A stretch of 64,000 nt of DNA from Dicyema japonicum. Lineage: Eukaryota; Animalia; Dicyemida. The position numbers were made by a program, and so were the translations under genes. Location: assembly GCA_011109175.1 (NCBI GenBank), contig RDEW01000018.1:351405-415404 (forward strand). Reading direction: 5' to 3'. Positions 40,985 through 50,697 of this stretch are shown here, piece after piece. The notes beneath the pieces were generated by a model that was not told the origin of the DNA, did not search any database, and saw only the letters and a list, made by a program, of their open reading frames with translations. Numbering within the stretch: position 1 is the first letter of the stretch; every line of letters begins with the position of its first letter.

Positions 40985-42282
40985 CAGAATTGGAGGATGA
41001 ATGAATTGAATTCAAACGACAGCATAGTTAGGGACGATGGAGTCATTTATAGATAATATTATGCCCAACATGAGGATAAATTAAGATTTGAAGTATTTAA
41101 AAGTAATTATGCTTAAATAGCACAAAATAAATTGTACGAAGGTGTAAAAGTCTCATATAAAATTGGAGTTAACAGGTTTACTGACATTAGAACCCCGGGA
41201 TCACCAAGAAAGAAAGACAGAGAAACGTCAGATAGTTAGGTCCCGCAATTAAACGAACCATCCAACGTCTTTGGTCTCCCATTGTTCCCACTACCGTACG
41301 AAATAGCCTTCTCTCATCCCTACAGAGGAATCCGATTGGGGAAGGGAACTTCTTACCAATCGACTTTCTTTTGCTTTGGAAAAAGACAGGCTAAGCAGGT
41401 TTCTGTCCTCCTTACAGACCCGAAGGAATCCGGTTCCGCGACAACGGGTAGCAGCTTCTGTGAGTAGGGGATTAACCGTTGATCCAGAGTGAGAGCCCAT
41501 CATAGATATAGTTTTCCGGTATATTGAATTGATTCTGTAGAGTCTAGTTTTTGATAACGCGAATCTCCATGCAACAGAGGCATACTCCACAGATAGTTTG
41601 CCGGTAGAGTTTTCCAGCAAAAGCATCCAAATTTAAAAAGTTCTCCGGACAAGCGCGCGTATAAAATTCAACTTCTGCAGGTCGCAGGTTTGTGACTTTA
41701 AACTTTTGTAGAAAAGAAAGCACTTTATGTCAATCTTAAGTATAATAGATCCACCAGAAAGGAAAATCATATTGAACATGAGTCAAAATGAACGAAAACC
41801 TTAAAATTATTGACTGGAGAACTAAAAATGTTGTAACTTTAGTTGAAGATCAAGTAGTTTGGTGTTCTCGCTATGCATTCCGTGCAGTTTCGTAAATGTG
41901 CTATAAGTCGCTAGGTGGTGGCATAAAGAGGCAATATGTTCGTAAAAATAACAAATTGGTATCCTTTTGTGAACAAAAATTTATGGACTGTTCGTCAGAT
42001 TATGGCAATCATTGTTGCAATGGGGGAGATATGGATCTCTGCTTTGATTGTGTCAAAGATAATGATGGACTTGAACTGAAGAAATGTACCCTTACAAAAG
42101 AAAGGATTTATATGACTATTAGACTAGTCGAAATTATGCTTTTAAAAACCGTCCTATTTATGTTGAACTCGTACTATTCAAGTCGAGACAAGACTAATAT
42201 GATGGTTGTTGTGGTTGAAGATGGTCTAATTTCTGCAGGAATTGACAATCTGACGAATTTAGATGATTCCCAGCAACAATAA
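40985..42282 (+). pseudogene. Cathepsin L-like (C1A) cysteine protease pseudogene, interrupted and 3'-truncated
   Basis: I29 prodomain (LEDE*IEFK..EDKLRFEVFKSN..YKIGVNRFTD) and mature domain (IDWRTKNVVT, EQKFMDCSSDYGNHCCNGGDMD, GLISAGID). Stops, catalytic Cys codon read as CGC, His/Asn half missing, and an insertion at about 41200-41690. Confidence 0.8.
41200..41690 (+). repeat. Unidentified insertion related to 13260-13735
   Basis: Splits the cathepsin prodomain. Residual frame EESDWGRELLTNRLSFALEKDRLSRFLSSLQTRRNPVPRQRVAASVSRGL. Confidence 0.55.
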
Positions 42283-42399
42283 CCATTAACCAGGAACTTA
42301 TTTTTCGAATTGGAATTATTTCATTAATGATTATTTTTTTAGAACAATTAATGGTTATTTGAGTTATTAATAGTTAATTTAAATGATTGTTCTCAGGTT

Positions 42400-42900
42400 A
42401 AATAAAAAAAAGATTGGGATACGAATGCTTAGTTGACAGATGAGAAATGGAAAAGAACTAAGAAAGTCGGCTCACTACTCGGTGATTGGGAGATGTTCAG
42501 CGAAGGAAAATTTTATCGATTCTTCAAAGGTGCGTTTATACAATGCATTTATTTATGTACAACTCAGGAACGTGGGGTTTGAATCAAACTTGTTTGAATC
42601 TGCTAGGGTCCATTCTCAGGAAATGGCCAAACAGATTCTAGCTTGCCTGCGCGAATGACATAGGTGCGTTTATACAATGCATTTATTTATGTACAACTCA
42701 GGAACGTGGGGTTTGAATCAAACTTGTTTGAATCTGCTAGGGTCCATTCTCAGGAAATGGCCAAACAGATTCTAGCTTGCCTGCGCGAATGACATGCTGA
42801 TAGGTATCGTGAGACATCTTTTGTATAACACTGCATTCCTTATTGCTTTTGACATTTCAGTCCTAGGAGAGACCGAATATGAAGATTATTAATATTATTA
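42400..42900 (+). mobile_element. RTE-like LINE fragment (134 bp duplicated)
   Basis: GSLLGD..DVQRRK, KVRLYNAF and YNSGTWGL. Confidence 0.55.
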
Positions 42901-43029
42901 TTAAGGCACTTTCACGAAAGCCATAATGTTTATAGCCCCGCATCTGCAACACTAAAAACGCAGTTAGTTTTTCAGGTTAACAGTGGTCTTTAGAATTAAT
43001 TTTAATTAATATTTAGCGTTAATCTTTCT

Positions 43030-43430
43030 ATTTTCCTCTGTCGAATGCAAGCCATTTAGTTTTAAAAATCTCGTGGCACTATGTGGTGCTACGTGGATAT
43101 TTTGTCAAAATTATTTTCCTTCCTTTCGATGGTGTCACTGGATACACCTTACTGAGAAAACACCCAATGCCTGGCTGGTATCAAGAGAATCCAACAACGT
43201 CGTTTCCTGGTGACACGAGGGTGACAAGTTCTGGAATACTGGAACAAGTAAAGACTAAATAATACTTGTGTTGTTTTTTCTATGTATTATAGATCCAGTA
43301 AAATGTTGTTTAGTGATACTTTCTTTGAGCTCAACGGAATTATTCAAATGCATAAATAATCCACAGATTTTTTGCAATAGTCCTGATGCTTGGAAGAAAA
43401 ATGTCTATTTAATTTGCTAGGAACCATTTA
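43030..43430 (-). mobile_element. hAT transposase N-terminal remnant
   Basis: VPSKLNRHFSSKHQDY and SSDTIERK. Confidence 0.45.
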
Positions 43431-43475
43431 TTTAAATTTTTATTTTGCTGGCGGCACACCGTTCGACAATCTCGG

Positions 43476-43875
43476 CTCCATACACATGAAAGTTGGTGTA
43501 AGAGGAGGAAAGAAAATAATCTGTTTGAGTTTAATCGCAGATTGTTTTACAGTCGCTCACACGGAAATGGCCATAGTGCATGTTCCCAGAAAGACGCGGA
43601 AATGCTTTCCACATGTGCCAAGTAAGAGTCTGGTCAAGTCCTTATCATAGAAGCCATTACGTCTCAATACCGTTGCAAACTGTTGAGATTGAGAAAAAAA
43701 GGAAGTATGACTTGCTTGCAAACTAGATGCTGCAAAGTTCAAAAAGACAATGCGCTCTCGGAGTTGTTTCAGCAACCAAAATCGAACCTGCCTGAGGATG
43801 CTGGCGAACAGACATGCGAGAAAGGTTGTTGACTATTAAATATTAACTTTTTTATTGTTAGTTAAATAAAGTGGG
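43476..43875 (+). mobile_element. Non-autonomous, multiply deleted derivative of the R4/Dong-like element
   Basis: Three blocks match about 51547-51686, 53685-53790 and 54005-54142, ending in the same AAATAAAGTGGG. Confidence 0.85.
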
Positions 43876-44023
43876 TTTTACAATCAAAAAAGTAATTTTT
43901 CCTAAAATTGTTAGATTTTGTAAAAATTAATATTGTTTTAATAATATTTGATTTTATCAAACATAAATATTTTTTATTAAATTCGAATAAAGCTTGACAT
44001 TTTAACCTAATTTCATAAGAATT

Positions 44024-44657
44024 ATGGTTTGTCATTGAATTTAAATTTTAGCTATTTTCATCATTTCTTTTGACGATATTCATCATAAATAATGATTCAC
44101 TATCTGATCTTGCAAATAGTCAAAAATATCTTAATAATCTTGACAATGTTCAAGGTTATTTTATTTGACAATTTACAGAAACTTATGATATCAATAATGG
44201 AAACCAACTAAGTGAATATCAGGATCTTTTTAAAACAGATCATCTCAAAGAAATACTAGAAAGAGGTTCATTTATAGATAATTTGCAGTGAATAATCAAG
44301 CCAGAGACATAGTCAAAAAATTAAAACCAGGTTAATTTAATAAATAATTTTAAGCTAAAACTAAACAGATGAATGCACTAGATCAAGCAATTAATCTCGA
44401 TAAGGAAGTTTCATTAATATGTGGCTCAATTGGGGTAATCATAATAATAATAGTCGGCATAATTTATATCCACCATAGACGTATGCAAANAATGCACTAG
44501 ATCAAGCAATTAATCTCGATAAGGAAGTTTCATTAATATGTGGCTCAATTGGGGTAATCATAATAATAATAGTCGGCATAATTTATATCTACCATAGACG
44601 TATGCAAAGGTATTCTAATTACTAATTTGAAGGGCCAATGCAGCTAACCATAATTAA
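44024..44657 (+). CDS. Orphan ~131-aa type I membrane protein (signal peptide, small ectodomain, TM, short tail), 6 exons
   Basis: Removing GT-AG introns 44027-44051, 44155-44178, 44266-44288, 44331-44354 and 44610-44632 (25, 24, 23, 24, 23 nt) and one copy of the 119-bp N-joined duplication gives MLFSSFLLTIFIINND...SLICGSIGVIIIIIVGIIYIYHRRMQRANAANHN*. Confidence 0.75.
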
Positions 44658-45323
44658 TGTCACTTTCTTGGTTTACTAACAAATTTAATGGGAATGGGTT
44701 TAAAATTTAACAAATTTATTTATGGAAGTTTTCTTAGGAATTAATAGACTATTAGTAGTGAGGTGCTAAAGTTCTTAATCAGTCCATCATTCGTGTTCTT
44801 GTTCGCTTTCATCTTTATCAATCACCTCTCATTATGAGATTATGCTCTCTTATGAACAATTTACTGCTCATGAAATTTTCTGAAATTTAATTTTTAATAA
44901 AATCGTTACGTCGTTAACTTCCTGCTAAAACATAGTTTATATCTGATTTTAAAGACAATATCTGAAATGGTGGAAATTTCAACAGTTCATCATGTGGCCT
45001 CATTTAATACTTAATTAGGTCAACTGATGATAAAACATAGTTTTCTTAAGCAACATGTCATTAAGGTTTCACACCATTTCATTGAATTTCGACGTCCTCT
45101 GTTCTTTTCGTCAATATCTTTAGCTGACAATAAAATAATTTTTTGTTGAATGTGAACGTTTCTTACAGTCGTCTAAACTTATTTTCAATTTATGTTTAAA
45201 TGTCGAAAACGACTAGAAATTGAATTTCTAATATTGAACACAGCTTACGTGAATCAATAATTGATATTGACAATTCATAGTACGAGACTTTTTTCTATCC
45301 TTGAATGATGAAATTGTCCGTAG

Positions 45324-45518
45324 CATTGTCCCACTTTGAATGACAATATTCTCATTTTGAATGTTAATGTCTCACTTTGAATGACAATATTCTCAATTTG
45401 AATGACACTGTCCCATTTTGAATGACAATAATCTTAATTTGAATGGCACTGTCCCATTTTGAATGACAACAATCCTATTTTGAATGACACTGTCCCACTT
45501 TGAATGACAATAATCTAG
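45324..45518. repeat. Higher-order minisatellite: 41-bp unit of alternating 20- and 21-bp subunits
   Basis: A = ACTGTCCCA(C/T)TTTGAATGAC and B = AATA(T/A)TC(T/C)NA(T/A)TTTGAATG(A/G)C alternate strictly for about 4.5 units. Confidence 0.9.
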
Positions 45519-45539
45519 TATTAATTTATTAACCTCGGA

Positions 45540-47400
45540 TACCCTGAGAAAGAAGTTAAAGTTAAGAAAAAATTAAGTGTATCCAGTGTCCACTTCTGCA
45601 CAAACAGAGTCTTTCCGGATTCAACATATCAAAAAAAGCCAGTCCACTTCACGAAAAAGCCTTCACGCGCACCCGACTCACTTACGAAGGAAAGAAATTG
45701 CCTAAAAAGCTTACAGAAACAGTCTTGAAAAACCAAGGCGAGGATCCAAGCTAAGATGAACAGAGAGACTGGAATAACCTTATTTACACCTTAAACAAGC
45801 AGTCCGCCCTCACGAGGATGTGGAATACTCTTCGGGGCTTTACCAACTCTTTGGGACCTCCTCCTTGCGAAGACTAAGAAAACAATAACTTTTTAAACAA
45901 GATTATAAAATTTTACTCTTCCGTGAGCTTCATCCTACACAAGAAAATTAAGGGTCCTCTTACATCTGTTATGAAACCAAAACGCGATGCGACATCGAAC
46001 AGCCTTTCAATGGACGCATTGCGAAAAGCTATTCAAAACCAGAAATCGTCTTTCGCAAGTTGTCCAGATGGAATTACCTTTATTGTACTTTAGAAGATAG
46101 GCCCTTACACCATTTGGGCTTGAACAGAATTTACAACCTCTTCATCAGTAGGGACTCGATTCCCACTATATGGGAATTATCCCATATTCGGCCCATCTTA
46201 AAACTTGGAAGGCCAAAAAACTCACCAGATTCGTACAGACCAAAATCCTTCCTGTGTGTCACCTTCAAAATCCTGGATGAACTCATTCTCGATCAGAGTA
46301 AACCTAACCTCCCAGACGTATCCTTCCAACATAGATTTAAGAAAACTCATTCCACAACTACCCATCTTACTTGCCTGACAAAATTCATCATGAAAGGCCT
46401 CCAACGCAAACCTCGGCATCAAAAGACCATTATATGTTCCATTGACATAGAAAAGGCTTTTGACTCAATACCGAGAAAACTGATCACTAGGAATATATAT
46501 GGCTCTAACATTCCGAACAACCTGAAAATTTGGATCACTAACTTCCTCAACGGAGTGGTTAATGAAGATGTAATCTCCCATTCCACATCTTCAATCAATA
46601 AATTTCTACCGAACAGGGTCCCGCAAGGATCCCTCTCTATCCCATATTCCTTGCTTACGCCGACGACTTAATCCTGGGAACAAGAGACCAGTACATTTAC
46701 ACATCGGATACCCGCTTACAAGATTCATCGGATAACCTGAACTGTTGGCTTACGAGGAACCAACTACACACAAGTCCTGAAAGGTCGTGCTCTATGATTT
46801 TACTTCCGATAGAAGGCTGATTAACTCGCCGCCTCCATTGACCCTAAATGGAATAACAATCGCCTCCACAAATTCAACCAAAATACTGGGGGTAACATAT
46901 GATCCTCTAATGACCTTCAGCAAACATGTGAGCAGCATAATCTTTTTTCCCAGCGAAAATTAAACTTTGTAAAAACGCTATTTTAGATGCTACAAAAAAT
47001 GGTTCCACCCAACAGTAGATCATCTCTACCACCAATATACTTTATATACTTCCGTCAATCAGTTACTGCTGCGCGGCATGGGGTGCTAACTTATCCCACA
47101 CCAACCTAAAGAAATTAAACTCCTTCCGAGAGACAGTAACGAAAATCCTACAGAGATCCTCTTCGTCATTAAAACCAACCCTTTTCGAGGAACACGTGAG
47201 GTGAGCGGGAGCTCAGCCAAAACCCCTAAATTTTCGAAAAGTGATTCGTTCATACAGAAAGTGTGCCGGCACTCGGGAGGAACATCGAGGAAAGATGAGG
47301 CGGCTGCTCAAGGGGGCCGGGACCACTTGATGGCTCCTACCTTCCTTTGTTTTTCGGTGATTCTTGGTTTTAAAATTAAAATTAAAAAACTATACCGTCC
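45540..47400 (+). mobile_element. Decayed APE-RT LINE, RT and 3' part
   Basis: SYRPKSFLC, FQHRFK, IDIEKAFDSIPRK, PQGS, AYADD and KILGVTYD. Confidence 0.8.
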
Positions 47401-47824
47401 ATCTATTTGCATGTTGGACAAATAAATCACTTAATTTAAATTTTAAGAAAAAGTAATTATTTTATAAGTCCCGTCTAACCCAATCATCTCTTCTTGGGGC
47501 CAACCTCTATTACCTGTATAGGTTTGTTAACGCTGAACATCCACATTCAGAGACTACCTTAAATTAATATTCCATGCCGTCTTCTTTTTCATCAGGCAAC
47601 AATACTCTATGCTTTACTTAGCTTGGATGCTCTGTAAAGTCATCAGTAGCAGTTTCGTTGTATATAAATTTTGACCAACTACTTCACCTTAATATTATTA
47701 GTTTGATAAGTTTTATTTAATTTTTAATTACCTGGATATTGTAGGAACTGGCAACTCAAATTCTACCTGGATCTGTTGTGGGCTGCAAATAGCTTCACTC
47801 GCTTTTTTACCTTCCCAACAGTGG

Positions 47825-48275
47825 CCGGTTCCCGAGGCATGCCGCCATCAACGGGTTTGTGAAGCGATCACCGCCATCTCTGGGACCGGTGTGCCTGGAT
47901 CGTGGAGATAAAAAGCGCCCGAACGGGGTAACTGTCTTTCCCTTCTCCCGGGGAAAATGCTTGATTTAGGCCTGCACCGACATCTTTTTCCAGTCAAGAC
48001 TTCATGGTTAAAAGTTGAAAGTGAGGAGACTGCTCGAACTTTCGAGAATTTCGATATAAGGGAATACAGCAGCCTCTCAACAGATTCCATTTACAGCCAA
48101 TTGACGTCAAGGAAAACGAAGTCTTCAGACCTAATACGGTATCTTTTCTTAGATCGCTTGGGTCAATGATATTGAAAGTGAGTAATGAGCGTCGGGAAAC
48201 CGAGTGGCTGTTACAAAAGATTTCTCTGACAGTTGTCAAGGGAAACAGCCATACCATCTTATCAGCTGAAATATT
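47825..48275 (+). mobile_element. CRE-like 3' fragment, internally deleted
   Basis: GRFPRHAAIN, LDRGDKKRPNGVTVFP and EWLLQKISLTVVKGNSHTILSA. Confidence 0.7.
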
Positions 48276-49162
48276 TTGATTGTCTTGTTACATAATAAAT
48301 TGTTTTTTGTATAAAAAAATGAATATATTGACTTGATTTTATATTCATAATAGCAATTACTATTATTGAATGGTTTACCTATAAGTTTGGGTCCCAGTTC
48401 TGTTTATTATAACATAATATAATCACATTAACTTCTGTCATACACGTGCAGCCTATGAGAGTTGATCCTACAAACTATTCAATTTTGGTAGATTTTGCAA
48501 TAAAATTGAGTTTTAGAATACGTTGATCAATTCTTTTTGATTAAACATTTAATTTTTTCTTTTTTCTCTATTGAATAATATTAATATATAAAGAGAATTA
48601 TTTTCGGTTCTTTTCGAATCTAACTTTTTAAATGCTTTAAGAGTTTCTGAAATACTTATCGGCTGCAATAGAGTCGATTTGTCGAGATTCAATGGTTTCA
48701 GGTGCATCAACTATCCCAGAAGATGTCTAAATGGGGGATACATTAACTATCTATTAATTCCCCTCTAAATCTTAGCAAGAATAAAATACCTTAATATCCT
48801 TCTGGCTCTTCTCTGTGCGTCGAACATACGCGTAATTTTAAACTTCTGAAGAATAATTCTTACAGCCAATACTACTGAACGCATATTTAATAATTAGAAT
48901 GAGAAAATAACAAAGATGGTATAATAGATGGTCTGTAACTTTTTTAACATGAGAAATTTCACCGAATATACAACCATTTGTTAATAATTATTAACCTTAA
49001 ATAGAAATTGTAAATTCTTCATATCACATATTCAAAATGAGTTGATTTCTATATTTTCATGGAAAGTTTATAAATTTGTCTTCAAAAATATGACTAATAT
49101 TCATGAAATTTTATGATTTAATTATAAATACGAATTCTTTAAATAATTATCGAAACATAGAA

Positions 49163-49491
49163 ATGGAAGAGCAAGATATCCAAATATTTAATTATCTTTA
49201 TGACAAAATCAATTTTTACGAATCGAAATTGGATGAAATTAATAACAGTTTAATGGATAATCTTGGCCAATTCTCAGTAAAAAATCCGCCGTCGATTGAT
49301 TCTGTCACGGAAAACATTCAAGCTGAATTTGGTTCATTATAAATTTAATTTTTAGCTGAAAGGTCATCGCAAAAAGCCGTGATTCAAGATCTAGTAGTGG
49401 TATTTTTTGTTTTTAATTATAGGAATATGTATCTGTTACTAAAATTCTTGAAGATTTGAGAAGTCTGCTTAGATGTCTATATTTTCTTTAA
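49163..49491 (+). CDS. Candidate small orphan helical protein (~93 aa), 3 exons
   Basis: ORF 49103-49342 continues through GT-AG introns 49332-49355 (24 nt) and 49400-49422 (23 nt) to TAA at 49489-49491. No homology recognised. Confidence 0.4.
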
Positions 49492-50697
49492 TTAATAATA
49501 TTCACTATATTTTCTGGGTTTAATATAATTAACTAACTTGAATTTATTTTTATACTAAAATCTTTAATAATAGAAATGTTGTCAATCGCCTTCGAAATCT
49601 TTAAAAAGTATGTACGAATGGGGGAAAGTTTATAAAATCGAGAATGAAATTCGACTATATCCCTAATAAATAATAAAAAGCAGAAACTGAGAGATCTGCC
49701 TTGCAAGCTCTATCATTCTCGACTATCTGATCGCTGAACCAAGAATCTTGAAAATTAAGGAATCAGCTGTCTATCAACGAGAAAACTTCTAACAGACTTA
49801 AATTAACGAAAGTCTTGATCTTCAAAGTTTTCTTATTATTGAGAGACATTAAAAACGGAGACATCAAACATCATATAAATTATATCAGTCCTGCTTATAC
49901 TTAAAGAGATATACAATGTAAATGTTGTGCAAAACGCTGAAATGGGGTTAAAAACAAAGAAGACTGTAAAGGTTACCACATACTTGAAATATCTCAGGAA
50001 ATTTGATTGAAGAATCCACTCACACCCCTGTTTAGTAAATAATCAATAAGTACAGTTTTAAACACNGAGACATCAAACATCATATAAATTATATCAGTCC
50101 TGCTTATACTTAAAGAGATATACAATGTAAATGTGGTGCAAAACGCTGAAAAGGGAGTTAAAAACAAAGAAGACTGTAAAGGTTACACATATTTGAAATA
50201 TCTCAGGAAATTTGATTGAAGAATCAACCCACACCCCTGTTTAATAAATAATCTGTAAGTACAGTTTTAAACACATTTTTTTAGTACAGTTTAACAAATT
50301 AGTAAAACCTGCTGATTGTCTAGAATGTAGACGGCCACGATTGCCAGACAGATAAGGAAAATGAATATTTCAGTCGCAATCTTTTAAACTTTAGCATAGA
50401 ATGAAACTATGAATTTATAGTTCACATTATCAGAGAAAAATGAAAGAATTCCAAATATTATGGGATTCACTGTGAAGAGAACGACCAAAATCAGAAGTAC
50501 GTGGGATATGTTATCATTCATTTTATCCTTCTTGGAAATGGAAAGAAAAAAGCAAATTGTTTAAGAAATTCTTATTATCTAATTATTAAGTGTAAATTAA
50601 TACAAAATAGAAAAAAATGTTCAAAATTTTCAGAATCCTTCTCGTCGTGACCAAAATTGCGACAGAAACATTCGATTATTCATTTATATAGAAAAAC

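Noticed and set aside
45324-45518. Repeat-spacer look resembling a CRISPR array
   Set aside because: The constant core is only about 10 bp, the 'spacers' alternate between two related sequences, the context is eukaryotic and there are no cas genes.
47500-47825. Minus-strand VVSECGCS, reminiscent of a cystine-knot growth factor C-terminus
   Set aside because: Two in-frame stops, the other required cysteines are missing, and the upstream part is cut by a CRE fragment.
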